This document shows positions 45,883-56,486 of a stretch of 64,000 nucleotides of DNA, in pieces. Within the stretch, counting starts at the first letter, position 1, and every line of letters starts with the position of its first letter. The notes under the pieces were generated by a model. That model worked only from the letters and a program-made list of their open reading frames with translations. It had not been told where the DNA came from and did no database searches. Source of the DNA: Cyanobacteria bacterium auto_48_18 (GTDB lineage: Bacteria; Cyanobacteriota; Vampirovibrionia; Obscuribacterales; Obscuribacteraceae); the NCBI GenBank assembly GCA_036170915.1, contig JAVHQC010000022.1:32001-96000 (forward strand), written 5' to 3'. Made by a program: the position numbers and the translations under genes.

Positions 45883-47439
45883 TTAGCTCACGCCTTCGCT
45901 TGGAGCGAAGAACACACCTGTGGGATCATACTTTTTGCGCAACTCTCCCAGCCTTTTGAAATTGGCTGGAGAATAGCTCTCCACAAGGTGTTTAGGATAG
46001 GTAATGGTGTCAGTTTCAGACACATAGTGCCCGTGCGTGAAGGGTGCCACCAGAGTCAACATTTTTTTATGCCAGGCGATATTAGCGGTATCATCGGCAG
46101 TGTCTTTCCACATTGTCCAGGGGCCGCCATAAAGCTTGGCACTCATTGAAAAGGCGGCGTCAGGCAGTTTTTCAGGCACATTAGACCCTGTGAAGACCGC
46201 ATACATAAATACAGTGTCTGGTGAAGGTGTGACCTTGAAGTGTTCTTTGGTCGCTTTAATAATTTCATCGAGATTACTGTTGGAGAACATGGCTTCAACT
46301 TGATTGCGCATATCAGCTTTCCATAATGCCCCTGAGAAATCAAAAAGATCAGGGAAAGTATATGGCTTGTTTTGCGGCTTCAACATACATTTATTTATTA
46401 CCGGGCAAGTATCAAGAATAGCCATGGCGGCATTGCCTTCTTCTTGTGACGAGACGAAAGAAGTAGCGGTTACCAGAGCACATTTACCATTTTCGGCTTT
46501 AGTCTGATCGGTCAGCTCCGGTGGTGCTGTGGCGAGCCAAAATGAAAGCTCTACACATGGTTTCATTTTTGGCGCCACTTCCTTAAGCCAGCCGGCCACA
46601 GCTTCGGCCTGGCTCAGCGGATAGTAGTACGAGCTGCATATGATCGCTTTGGGCAAGGGATAAAGTCTGAGGTGGTAGCGCACGGCCACAAAGAATGAGC
46701 CTGCGCCGGCTCCTCTGGCAGCCCAGAAATAATCTTGATGATGATCTTTGTCGGCGACAATCAGTTCACCATCGGCGGTGACCATTTCAATTTTTTCGAC
46801 GCTGCCAACACCTGGGCCCCAGGTGCCTTGATTCCAGGCCATTCCGCCACTGAGCAAGTAACCGCTCAATTTTACTTGAGGACAGTGACCTGAAGGGAAT
46901 GCCAGGTTTTTAGCGTTCAGCGCTTTTTGAATATCTCGATTGCTGATGATTGGTTCGACTATTGCGATTTTTTTGTCTTCGTCGATTGAAATCACTTTAT
47001 TCATCAGTGTGAGATCAATCATCATGCCGCCATTGCGCAGCGAAGGGTTGCACCAGTTGTGGCCGCCTCCGCGCACAACTACTTTCATTTTATTGGCTTT
47101 GGCAAATTTAACCGCAGCCATAACGTCGGCGTCGGTTTTAACGTTTACCACTACCTGTGGTGCGCGGTTAGCGTAGAGTCTGTTCCACAGACCGCTGTAG
47201 ACTTTGTCTTTGAAATTGCTGTCGCTTGGTATAGAAATTTCGCATTGCACAGCTTTGCGCAGTGCTTCCGCGTCAAAGCTCGCCTTGTTAGCCGCCAGTG
47301 CCTTTTCAGGATCGAATGTACCAACAAAAATAGATCCTGCTGCTGCCAGCCCACCTGCTAGAAATATCCTGCGGCTAATATTAATGGTCTTCTGAGTTTC
47401 TGCACCATGGGTGATTGGGTCCAGCTGCTTCTTCATCAT
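45883..47439 (-). CDS. Tat-exported FAD-linked oxidoreductase (berberine-bridge-enzyme-like)
   Basis: SRRIFL Tat motif; RGGGHN covalent-FAD His; PSGHCPQV; KYDPTGVF. Confidence 0.92.
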   Translation of the reverse strand: MMKKQLDPITHGAETQKTINISRRIFLAGGLAAAGSIFVGTFDPEKALAANKASFDAEALRKAVQCEISIPSDSNFKDKVYSGLWNRLYANRAPQVVVNVKTDADVMAAVKFAKANKMKVVVRGGGHNWCNPSLRNGGMMIDLTLMNKVISIDEDKKIAIVEPIISNRDIQKALNAKNLAFPSGHCPQVKLSGYLLSGGMAWNQGTWGPGVGSVEKIEMVTADGELIVADKDHHQDYFWAARGAGAGSFFVAVRYHLRLYPLPKAIICSSYYYPLSQAEAVAGWLKEVAPKMKPCVELSFWLATAPPELTDQTKAENGKCALVTATSFVSSQEEGNAAMAILDTCPVINKCMLKPQNKPYTFPDLFDFSGALWKADMRNQVEAMFSNSNLDEIIKATKEHFKVTPSPDTVFMYAVFTGSNVPEKLPDAAFSMSAKLYGGPWTMWKDTADDTANIAWHKKMLTLVAPFTHGHYVSETDTITYPKHLVESYSPANFKRLGELRKKYDPTGVFFAPSEGVS

Positions 47440-47461
47440 TACCTCAAAAAATCAGTACTTT

Positions 47462-48427
47462 TTATTTAACTGTGCTGTTGCTCAGACGCTTTTCGCCGTG
47501 AGCGTCATAAATAAATGGGCCGCCTTCGTCATTAACCACCAGCGGTTCATGCAGAGCCGCCAGCCGAACTGCTAATTCTTGTAAAACCGATGACAGACCT
47601 GCTTGTGCTTGATAGCGTAAGAGCTGGCTGGCAATCAACGAAAGCCTTTGTTTAAATGAAGGCAATTCCAGAGGTTCCATCAGTGGTGTTTCAAAAGCTT
47701 TGCAGTCGGCTCTTTGAAAACTGGCGGCAATGCTGATGCGCGAATAATCGCCGTGCTTACTGCTGCGGCCACCCCAGTGATAAACCGCTTCGTTCCAGGC
47801 CAGTATGTCGCCTGCTTTTGTCGGCAAAGCGCGAATATCTTGATAGTTGGCCACGCCACACTTGAGCAAATTATCGGGAAAGTTAGCGTCGTATTGCAGG
47901 GGCAGAATGTAAATGCAACCGGTGTCAGGGCTGGCATCAGTCAAAGAGATCCAGATATTTAAAGCTGTGGTGCGGCCATCGGCTGCCACGGTTCTCCTGC
48001 GAGAGCGGTCGCGGTGAGGCATAAATCCGGCACTTTGGCCTCCTGGTTCGACGCAAAATGTCCAGAGAGCCGGCATCATTTTGTAATCGTCGCCGAGAAT
48101 TTGCCCCAGTAAGCCATTTAGGTGTTGAAACTGTTGCCAGCACTGATCATAAACAAAGAGAAAAGGCGTTGGCCATTGCTCGTCGCGAATCTTTTTGACA
48201 GCATTCACCAGTGGCGGCAGCGTCTTGGCTTCCATTACATTTTCTATTTTGAAGTAGCCTTCTTCTTTGAGATCTTCAAGGGTGCGCTCGGCTTGGTCCT
48301 GTTTCAAAGCAAAAGATTTAGCACTGGGCTTGCCGCCCTGCGAAATAGTCAAATGCGGATTGAGATAAAGCCAGAACTCAGGATCTGTGGCCAGGTCAAA
48401 AAAAGATTTACCACCAATGTCGTACAT
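47462..48427 (-). CDS. phytanoyl-CoA dioxygenase-family Fe(II)/2-oxoglutarate oxygenase
   Basis: PHRD...WISLTDA...GCIYILP...YHWGG...RIS. Confidence 0.85.
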   Translation of the reverse strand: MYDIGGKSFFDLATDPEFWLYLNPHLTISQGGKPSAKSFALKQDQAERTLEDLKEEGYFKIENVMEAKTLPPLVNAVKKIRDEQWPTPFLFVYDQCWQQFQHLNGLLGQILGDDYKMMPALWTFCVEPGGQSAGFMPHRDRSRRRTVAADGRTTALNIWISLTDASPDTGCIYILPLQYDANFPDNLLKCGVANYQDIRALPTKAGDILAWNEAVYHWGGRSSKHGDYSRISIAASFQRADCKAFETPLMEPLELPSFKQRLSLIASQLLRYQAQAGLSSVLQELAVRLAALHEPLVVNDEGGPFIYDAHGEKRLSNSTVK

Positions 48428-48546
48428 GTTTTTAACTCAGCAGGCGGTCAACCCCCTAAGTTTAGCCTAACTGAGCAGGCTGTTGATTATTGATGAGACA
48501 GCTTTGGTATATAAACTCAGCCGCCGAAATCAAATTGGAGTTGATT

Positions 48547-49467
48547 GTGAGCAAGTTAGTCAGATGGTTGCCAAACTTAGCATCTGGATTGCTGCTCTCA
48601 GCTTTGCCGGCCCAGGCTGAGCAAACACAGTCGCCGCCTGGTGAACCGGCTGTTGGTCCGGCCACAAGTCTCAGTACGGGAGCCGCTGTGACACCAGTTG
48701 AGCTGGTGGCGATTTTGCGTAATGCTCGTGTAGTTGCCGCCGATTACCCGCTGCGGGCCAGTTACAACGAACGCGAAGCAGTTGTCACGACAAAACGCAA
48801 TCCTCAGGCCAAAGACAATGACTGCAAAATCGAGGCAGTGATGATGACCAAGGCCTTAATGGACTCATTTCCTGAAATTTTGCGCGTCAAAGTGCTGTTT
48901 TCAGACCTTGAGCAGCAGAAATATACATCGGTCAATCTGTCCAAGGGCGACATCGCTTCGTTTGGTGCTGGTAAGCTTGCCCAAAAAGATTTTTTAGACT
49001 CGCTTGAGATCAGTACTTTTGACGAAAATGTCTCTCCTTTTGCCTCGCGCTCGGATGGCGCAGTTTCTACCGGGGTCGCCCCTGGGCCCATGCAGGACAA
49101 AAGACTTTTGCTTTTAAGCCGTATTGAAAGTCTGAGGAGCAAAGGCACAAACGTCAAAGCGTATCTAGATTATTTTCAGACTGTAGAAGATGCTGCCAGG
49201 TCTGGAGATGAAGCGAAAGTGCAGAATCTAGTGGGTAGCCTATCAGGCAAGCTCAATGATCAAGAGAAAATGCGTGAGCAAGCATATGCCACCGGAGTGC
49301 GGTCAGAAGTTTTGCGTTTTCAAACGCAATTGCAGCGTTATGTTGTCAGCGGGCGCAAACTGCCGTTTGACCTGGGTCAAGTTGCTAAAATACAGCAGTT
49401 GGTTGTGGCCGGTAGAAATGCCGAAGCAAAAGCTTTGATGCAAACATTGGAGCAAAAACTTCGTTAG
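48547..49467 (+). CDS. exported hypothetical protein
   Basis: GGAG SD before GTG at 48547; signal peptide ending PAQA. Confidence 0.75.
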   Translation: MSKLVRWLPNLASGLLLSALPAQAEQTQSPPGEPAVGPATSLSTGAAVTPVELVAILRNARVVAADYPLRASYNEREAVVTTKRNPQAKDNDCKIEAVMMTKALMDSFPEILRVKVLFSDLEQQKYTSVNLSKGDIASFGAGKLAQKDFLDSLEISTFDENVSPFASRSDGAVSTGVAPGPMQDKRLLLLSRIESLRSKGTNVKAYLDYFQTVEDAARSGDEAKVQNLVGSLSGKLNDQEKMREQAYATGVRSEVLRFQTQLQRYVVSGRKLPFDLGQVAKIQQLVVAGRNAEAKALMQTLEQKLR

Positions 49468-49518
49468 AGACTTTCTTAGTTGTTCGAGCTTTTGCATCAT
49501 GCTTTTTAAGGATTGGTA

Positions 49519-51930
49519 ATGGTAGGACCATCAGGCGCTGAATTTTCGCCCGGTGATATCGTCGGTAAAACCTATGTGATCATTGGCTATATTGGCCGTG
49601 GGGCCATGGGTTTTGTTTATCATGCCAGGCATATCGATCTACCCAAAGAGTATGCGCTGAAAACTCTCCGCAGCGATCAAATTACTGATACCGCCTGGTT
49701 TCGCTTTCAAATGGAAGCGCAATCAGTGGCAAAGATGTTTCACCCAAACATTGTCAGCATTCACAATTTTGGATCGCACAAGACTGAAAACGGTCTGGAG
49801 CAGCCATTTTATGTAATGGATCTGCTTTACGGCGTGAGCCTCATGGAGAAATTGCGAGACCAGGGGCCGCCACCACTGCCCATTACATTGCAGATTTTTA
49901 TCCAGGCGGCCAGCGGATTTGGCTATGCTCACAGTAAAGGCATTATTCACCGTGATGTTAAGCCGGGCAACATTATGTTGCTAAATCAGCCGGATGCCAT
50001 GGGTGCCAGCGTCAAGATTGTAGATTTTGGCATCGCCAAACTTACAGCTGAAGCGGATAAAGCATCACAGCAGTTGACTCGCGACGGTGATATAGTCGGC
50101 AGCCCTTATTACATGAGCCCTGAACACAGTCTTGGTTACCCTACCGACTCTCGCAGCGATATTTATTCTTTAGGTGTTTCTTTATTTGAAACATTGACAG
50201 GTGAAGCGCCTTTCTCAGGCCCCTCAGCAGTAGATATTATGCTTAAGCACCAGAGCGACCCTGTGCCCGACATCAATAATTTTGGCGACCATGCAGATAA
50301 CGGAGAGACCCCGATTTATCCTGCTTCGGTGCAACTCGTGATTGAGCAAATGATGGCCAAATCACCTGAACAGCGCTATCAAACCATGGAGCAGGTGGCG
50401 GCTGATTTGTGGACGATATTGCAAGATGGGTCTATTGAACCTTTGCCTCTTGCACCAGGGGCGGTGCAAGATCGAGTCTCGCAGACCTGGCGAAATGCTA
50501 ACAGTAGTGGTATGGAAACAAGACGACTTGTTCCACTGTCAACTGATGATATAGACGATATAGATGATGATGAGCTCGATGAGCCTGGTCTCGACGACGG
50601 CGATCTTGAAACTATCTCAGGTGAGACCCAGCATAGCCCTGGTAATTTAGATGCAAACGAGAGCAGTGAAGACCACAGTCAAGTCGCCGCTTCCGTTACA
50701 GACATGCTGCAAACGGGCCGTTCCATTTCAAGGGTGCAGACCGTTCCTTCGAGCGTAAAAGTGCCCGTTGCTCAGCTCACTTTTTTAGTAATTGCGCTGG
50801 TCACAGCTGCGGTTACTGGAATATTATTTTTCGTCAGTAGGTCTTCACACAGTGCGGTATCTATCGTCAAGCCTGTGATCAAAAAAGCGGCTCCAGTAAC
50901 TGCGAAGATTGATGCTGAAGAAGACAAAGAACCTGGCAGCTCGCGCTATGAGACGGCGCCCTACTGCACCTTGAAGCGAGTGAAAGACGACGAAATTAGA
51001 AGTTTCAATTTCCCAACAGATTGTTTGATCGGCAGTATTGAATATTGGCACAATGACACAGGCAGTTGGGTGACTGCTAAAGCTAAGGGGCACCTGGAGC
51101 TTAAACGTTACGATTGGCCGATGTTTATCCCCTCCCGCCTTGTGGCAAAATATCCACAGTACTTAAAACGTTTTCGCAAAGGCGATGTTACCGCCATAAG
51201 GTTTGTCGAAAATTCTGATAGCGACGCGGTCTTTGAAGCTTGCACGGTAATTCCTGGTATTGAAGAAATAAAATTCTATGACACCACTCACTTGACTAAT
51301 AAGTGCATTTCTTCTTTAGATAAGTTCAAAGATCTTAAATTGCTGGATGCTTCAAAAAGCACCATTGGCGGCACTGCTCTGGCCAAAGCAGCCTGCTGTG
51401 AAAAACTAGAGAAGCTTTATTTCAGCAGGGGTAAAGATCTGCCTCCACTTTTAGACAAACTTAAATCAAATAAGGAATTGAGACTTCTGGATGTGAACAG
51501 CTGCGCTTTGAGCTATCAAGACTACAAGACTATTGCCAGTTTTCCGGCTTTGCGCAGCCTTAATGTTGCGTACACTGATGTTACAAAGGGCGAGCTTAAA
51601 CTTCTCGCCAAGTCTAAGAGTTTGGACGAGCTCAGAATGTCTAGCTACGACCTCGATCCAGAGATGATAGCGGTAATTCTAACAATGCCAAGAATCAAAA
51701 CCCTAGATCTTTCGGATACTAAGGTAACTAAAGCGCAGGTCAGACAACTGGCACAATCAAACAATCTTGAAGAGTTGAAAATGAAAGATTGTGGTCTCGA
51801 TGAAGAATTTATTCCGCTATTCAGAAAAATGAAAAGGCTAAAGAAGCTGCAGTTAATAGTGTTCGGCAAGACGACCGAAAAGCTTCGGGATACCTTCAAG
51901 TCTGGATTGCCTGGGGTTAAGATCGAATGA
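49519..51930 (+). CDS. Hanks-type Ser/Thr kinase with single TM and C-terminal LRR ectodomain
   Basis: GRGAMG, ALK, HRDVKPGN, DFG, YMSPE; TM LTFLVIALVTAAVTGILFFV; LxxLDLSxT repeats. Confidence 0.95.
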   Translation: MVGPSGAEFSPGDIVGKTYVIIGYIGRGAMGFVYHARHIDLPKEYALKTLRSDQITDTAWFRFQMEAQSVAKMFHPNIVSIHNFGSHKTENGLEQPFYVMDLLYGVSLMEKLRDQGPPPLPITLQIFIQAASGFGYAHSKGIIHRDVKPGNIMLLNQPDAMGASVKIVDFGIAKLTAEADKASQQLTRDGDIVGSPYYMSPEHSLGYPTDSRSDIYSLGVSLFETLTGEAPFSGPSAVDIMLKHQSDPVPDINNFGDHADNGETPIYPASVQLVIEQMMAKSPEQRYQTMEQVAADLWTILQDGSIEPLPLAPGAVQDRVSQTWRNANSSGMETRRLVPLSTDDIDDIDDDELDEPGLDDGDLETISGETQHSPGNLDANESSEDHSQVAASVTDMLQTGRSISRVQTVPSSVKVPVAQLTFLVIALVTAAVTGILFFVSRSSHSAVSIVKPVIKKAAPVTAKIDAEEDKEPGSSRYETAPYCTLKRVKDDEIRSFNFPTDCLIGSIEYWHNDTGSWVTAKAKGHLELKRYDWPMFIPSRLVAKYPQYLKRFRKGDVTAIRFVENSDSDAVFEACTVIPGIEEIKFYDTTHLTNKCISSLDKFKDLKLLDASKSTIGGTALAKAACCEKLEKLYFSRGKDLPPLLDKLKSNKELRLLDVNSCALSYQDYKTIASFPALRSLNVAYTDVTKGELKLLAKSKSLDELRMSSYDLDPEMIAVILTMPRIKTLDLSDTKVTKAQVRQLAQSNNLEELKMKDCGLDEEFIPLFRKMKRLKKLQLIVFGKTTEKLRDTFKSGLPGVKIE

Positions 51931-52643
51931 CAGCTAGTAATGATTTGAAACTTTCTGTAGTGATGCCGGCTTACAATGAAGAAGGCACTATCGAAGAGGC
52001 TGTGCGCGAAGTGCAGCAAGTGGTGCTTGATACTGTGGGTGATGCCGAATTTATTGTGGTTGACGATGGCAGCAAAGATGCTACTTCGTCAATTCTTGCT
52101 AAGCTTGCCGAGTCAGACCCTCGCCTGCATGTGATTACTCAAGTTAATCAAGGCCACGGGCCTGCACTTCGTAATGGCATTGAACATGCTACCGGGGCCT
52201 TTATCTTTTTAATCGACAGCGATAGACAGATCCCGATTGAAGCTTTCGATGCTCTTTGGGCGGAGGCCCCTACCCACGATCTGGTTATGGGTGTGCGGGT
52301 GCAAAGGCACGATCCGCCCAGCCGACTTTTGCTTACCAAAGTTGTGAAAGGAGCTCTGCAGGCTTTGTTTGGTGTTGCAGCTAAAGACGCCAACGTGCCT
52401 TTTAAAATTTTGAAACGCTCCCTCTGGCAAACTGCCCGTAATTTTATACCCGCAGACACACTGGCACCGTCTTTGTTTTTGGCTGTTTTTGCTCTGCGCA
52501 AATCGGCAAAGGTGCTGGAAATCACTGTGCCTCACCGCGAACGACCGGCAGGCACTTCGTCAATAAAGCACATGAAACTGATTAGATTTTGCCTCAAAGC
52601 TTTCAAACAATTAGGTGCCTTTCGCAGGACAATCTCTCAATGA
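51927..52643 (+). CDS. GT2 glycosyltransferase (polyprenol-phosphate sugar synthase-like)
   Basis: MPAYNEE, VDDGSKD, NQGHG, IDSD. Confidence 0.93.
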   Translation: MTASNDLKLSVVMPAYNEEGTIEEAVREVQQVVLDTVGDAEFIVVDDGSKDATSSILAKLAESDPRLHVITQVNQGHGPALRNGIEHATGAFIFLIDSDRQIPIEAFDALWAEAPTHDLVMGVRVQRHDPPSRLLLTKVVKGALQALFGVAAKDANVPFKILKRSLWQTARNFIPADTLAPSLFLAVFALRKSAKVLEITVPHRERPAGTSSIKHMKLIRFCLKAFKQLGAFRRTISQ

Positions 52644-54085
52644 TCACAAAGTGCAAATTTCTTATTATCGGCGCTGGTCCTACCGGCTTGGGTGCGGCCT
52701 GGCGACTGGCTGAGCATGGCTATAGAAAAGCAGAAGACTGGCTATTAATAGAAAGTGCAGAGGTCGCCGGAGGTTTGTCTGCTTCAGTGGTAGACGAGGC
52801 ACAATTTACCTGGGACAAAGGTGGTCATGTGATTTTTTCTCACTATGATTACTTTGATAAATTGTTGGATGATCTGCTCGGTGACAGCTGGGTGAGCCAC
52901 AGTCGCGAAGCGTGGGTCTATTTGCGCGAGCGCTTTGTGCCTTATCCTTTTCAAAATAATATCTGGCGCTTGCCTGCCGATGAGCAACTTGCCTGCCTGG
53001 AAGGCTTGCTCGACGTCAACAACTTGCGCGCTGCCGGCAGTCAGCAGCCTCCCAAAAGCTTTTTGGAATGGATAGAGCGCAGCTTCGGCAAAGGGCTGGC
53101 GGAAGTATTCTTTATTCCATACAACAAAAAAGTATGGGCATACGACCCGGCCAAACTATCAGCTCACTGGGTCGGTGAGCGCGTAGCCACCGTTGATATG
53201 ATGAAAGTTTTGCATTCGGTGGTCAATCAAAAAGATGATCGTGGCTGGGGGCCAAACGCGCAGTTTCGTTATCCACTGCATGGTGGCACTGGCGCCATCT
53301 GGCGCGCTCTGGCCGATCGCTTGCCCTCGCAATGCATGAAATACAATCAGAGCGTAGTTAAAATTGAAGCGACAAATAAGATTGCTCATCTAGCTTCTGG
53401 TGAAATAATCGAATACGAATATTTGATTTCAACAATGCCTTTAAACTTGTTGATTTCAAGCTCGCCCGATTTGCAACATCTTAAGGCCGACGCTGACTCG
53501 TTCAAGTATTCGAGTGTACACATCGTTGGCATCGGTATGAAAGGCTCGCCGCCTAAGGAGCTGCAAGCGAAGTCGTGGCTTTATTTTCCTGAGCCGCAGT
53601 GCCCCTTTTACCGCGTCACTGTTTTTTCAGGCTATTCGCCCCACAACGTTCCGGCTGAGGGTGAACACTGGTCACTGATGTGCGAAGTATCAGAGTCACC
53701 AGATAAGGCAGTCGACGCTGCCACTATCGTGCACGATGTCATAGAGGGCGCCCGGTGGGCAAAAATGATTGTGCCTGACACCGAGATAGAGTCAAAGTGG
53801 CATTTGCGTATTGAGCATGGTTATCCCACTCCGTTTCTTGGGCGCGATCAGTTGCTCGATGCCATTGAGCCTCAATTGCGGGCGCATAATATTTTCAGTC
53901 GTGGCCGCTTTGGCGCCTGGAAATACGAGGTATCGAATCAGGATCATTCACTGATGCAGGGCGTAGAAGCTGTGGATCACATTTTATTTGGTGAAGAAGA
54001 GAGCACTTTCCATTACCCTGGTAAAGTCAATGCAGGGGGCAAGAATGCCGTTCGACCAGTTCAAAATTTTACCCGGCCAGTCTGA
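52640..54085 (+). CDS. glf: UDP-galactopyranose mutase of the eukaryotic (fungal/trypanosomatid) type
   Basis: GGHVIFSHY, VPYPFQNN, WVGERVA, WGPNAQFRYP, PFYRVTVFS, GYPTP, SRGRFGAWKYEVSNQDHS; ATGA overlap with GT2. Confidence 0.8.
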   Translation: MITKCKFLIIGAGPTGLGAAWRLAEHGYRKAEDWLLIESAEVAGGLSASVVDEAQFTWDKGGHVIFSHYDYFDKLLDDLLGDSWVSHSREAWVYLRERFVPYPFQNNIWRLPADEQLACLEGLLDVNNLRAAGSQQPPKSFLEWIERSFGKGLAEVFFIPYNKKVWAYDPAKLSAHWVGERVATVDMMKVLHSVVNQKDDRGWGPNAQFRYPLHGGTGAIWRALADRLPSQCMKYNQSVVKIEATNKIAHLASGEIIEYEYLISTMPLNLLISSSPDLQHLKADADSFKYSSVHIVGIGMKGSPPKELQAKSWLYFPEPQCPFYRVTVFSGYSPHNVPAEGEHWSLMCEVSESPDKAVDAATIVHDVIEGARWAKMIVPDTEIESKWHLRIEHGYPTPFLGRDQLLDAIEPQLRAHNIFSRGRFGAWKYEVSNQDHSLMQGVEAVDHILFGEEESTFHYPGKVNAGGKNAVRPVQNFTRPV

Positions 54086-56486
54086 TAGCGTAAGCGCTAG
54101 AGCTAGCTGGCTAGACGATCTGATCACTTTTGCTTTGCTTACGGCTCTGGTGACAGCCATATTTGCTCCTGTATTTTTCAGCGGTGGTCTGCTGGCACCA
54201 GATGACGGCATCTATCAGAATTTGCCTAATTTCTTTGGTGCGCGCACTTTGTGGACAACTTATCTGTGCGCCGGTTTTCCCCTGGTGGCTGATCCGCTGG
54301 TGCAATTTTTCTATCCCCCCGCCATTATTTTTGCTCATTTGCCCATGGGGTGGAATTTGTATGTACTACTTGGCTATGTGCTCTCGGGATTTTTTCTCTA
54401 CAGATATGTGCTGCTTTTGACAAACAGCTGGTATAGCTCGTTCATGGCTGCTCTTGCTTTCACCTTCAGTGGTTATTTGCTCAGCGAAGTTAACCACATG
54501 CATGTGGTGCACAATGCCTTCTGGCTTACCTTTTTGCTTCTGGCCTTTGAAAATTTAGCCAGGCGTCTAACAGTTAAATGGTTTGTCAGTGCCGCACTGG
54601 CCGTTTGCTTGATGATTTTTTGCGGGCACATGCAGCACAGTTGCTATACCCTTGCTCTCTGTTTTTTCTATATTTTACTGCGTGGTTTTTCTCATCAACC
54701 ACTAGCCTCTTTAGAGCAAAGAAAATATTTTCTCTGCTGCGCCACCACTCTTTTTTTAGGCCTGGCCATGGCGTCTGTGCAGCTTCTACCCACCAGAGAG
54801 CTGGCATCTTTTAGCGGCCGCGCTAATTTTTCTTTTCAAGATTTTCTTGCTTTTAGTTTGATGCCTCTACAAGCGACCGGTCTGTACTTCCCGTATTTGT
54901 TTGGTGGTGCAGCTGGTGGCATTATTAATATTCCAAGCTTCGCTGCTTTTGCTGCTGATACAAGTTTTGTTTATCTAGGCTTCATTCCTATGGTGCTGGC
55001 AGCGGCAGTTGTGAGCGTGCGTAGAAACGTGCTGATATGGTTCTGGTTAGCTATTGGCTTGGTTGCTTTTTTGCTGTCATTTGGCGATGCCACACCGCTT
55101 GGTTGGCTGGTTTATCACATACCTCAATATGGGTCGTTCCGCTGCCTCCATCGTACTTTGCTTTACAGTGCTCTTGCCACGGCAATTTTGCTTGGCCTGG
55201 CTACAGCCGCCTGTTTGAAAGGTGAGTTGAAAGGACGGGCACTAACTAACTCGCTGTTTATAAATGCCTGTTGTTTGATAGTAATTTTAGTTGGTGCCAC
55301 CACTGTTCAAAGTGCTCTGGTGACTCAGGCCGTATCAAAAGGCATCGCAAATTTTAGTGTTTTTCCTTGGGCCAATGCGGCTTTGGGATTGCAATGTCTT
55401 TATTTCGTTTTCAGCGCCGCTGCCTCAATTTATTTTTGGAAGTATGCTGGTGCTGCTGGTCAAAAGCAGCTTTGGGCTAAAATCTTTCTGGCTTTAGTAC
55501 TCTGCCTCGACCTTGCCACCACCGGCTGGTATGCCGGTGAGAGTCGCTGGCGCCTCAGCTCGCCTGCTGCAGCAAGTTTGCAACCGGTAGCAACAGTGTC
55601 TAGTCTGGCTCCGCTTCTAGAGAAAAATCATCAGCGTATTTTGGCTGTGCGTGGTGCTTCCGGAACTCCTGATGAAATTCCTTGCAATATTTCGCGCTTA
55701 TGGCAAGTGGACAGTGCCAGCGGTTATGAGCCTTTAATATTTTCGCGCTACAGTCAACTATTGAACATGACAGAAGGCGGCTTCTTGAGGGTGCCCTGGA
55801 ATTACACGGCCGCCGACCGTTGCTTCGATGTTCTGGCCATTCGCTACGCTACCTGCGCTCGAGGCGACGTGCGCTTGTTGAGTCTCAAAGATGCAAATGG
55901 TAAGGCTATTTGGCAGAAAATGGCAGACAGCGGCGAAGCTTCTATATTTGAAAATCTTCGTGCTATGCCGCGGGCCTGGTTGGTATCAGATGTGAAGACA
56001 ATGTCAGCTGCGCAAGTCTCAACTACAATCAAAACGTCAAGAATGCCTGATGGACAGTTATTTGATCCGGCGAAAATTGCTCTTGTAGATCATGAGCTTG
56101 CAGGTACACCCATATCCAAACCCATACCAGTGGCGCCCAATCAAGACTTGGATGCGCTTAAGTCTGACGTGACTTTTGATAGTGTCGAGGCCGACCGGAT
56201 AAGCCTTGACGTGGACGCCTCACGTGCTGCTGTTCTAATTCTCAGTGATAGCCAGTATCCGGGTTGGACAGTAAAGGTCAATCAAAAGTCAGCAGAAGCA
56301 TTTGGTTGCAACTACGTTCTACGAGGCGTTTTTGTACCTGCCGGTAAATCCAAAGTCGTATTCATCTATCAGCCACCGATGTTCAAGCTCGGCCTGATAA
56401 TTTCTATCTGTGCACTGGTTGCCTTATCTATCCTTGCAGGATGGTGGCGCTGGAATATGCAAAGATATGGTCATGGGAAAATTTGA
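54045..56486 (+). CDS. YfhO-family GT-C membrane protein
   Basis: GFPLVADP..FFYP, QLLP, many TM, SASGYEPL, PRAW, YPGW...LRGVFVPAG. Confidence 0.9.
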   Translation: MPFDQFKILPGQSDSVSARASWLDDLITFALLTALVTAIFAPVFFSGGLLAPDDGIYQNLPNFFGARTLWTTYLCAGFPLVADPLVQFFYPPAIIFAHLPMGWNLYVLLGYVLSGFFLYRYVLLLTNSWYSSFMAALAFTFSGYLLSEVNHMHVVHNAFWLTFLLLAFENLARRLTVKWFVSAALAVCLMIFCGHMQHSCYTLALCFFYILLRGFSHQPLASLEQRKYFLCCATTLFLGLAMASVQLLPTRELASFSGRANFSFQDFLAFSLMPLQATGLYFPYLFGGAAGGIINIPSFAAFAADTSFVYLGFIPMVLAAAVVSVRRNVLIWFWLAIGLVAFLLSFGDATPLGWLVYHIPQYGSFRCLHRTLLYSALATAILLGLATAACLKGELKGRALTNSLFINACCLIVILVGATTVQSALVTQAVSKGIANFSVFPWANAALGLQCLYFVFSAAASIYFWKYAGAAGQKQLWAKIFLALVLCLDLATTGWYAGESRWRLSSPAAASLQPVATVSSLAPLLEKNHQRILAVRGASGTPDEIPCNISRLWQVDSASGYEPLIFSRYSQLLNMTEGGFLRVPWNYTAADRCFDVLAIRYATCARGDVRLLSLKDANGKAIWQKMADSGEASIFENLRAMPRAWLVSDVKTMSAAQVSTTIKTSRMPDGQLFDPAKIALVDHELAGTPISKPIPVAPNQDLDALKSDVTFDSVEADRISLDVDASRAAVLILSDSQYPGWTVKVNQKSAEAFGCNYVLRGVFVPAGKSKVVFIYQPPMFKLGLIISICALVALSILAGWWRWNMQRYGHGKI

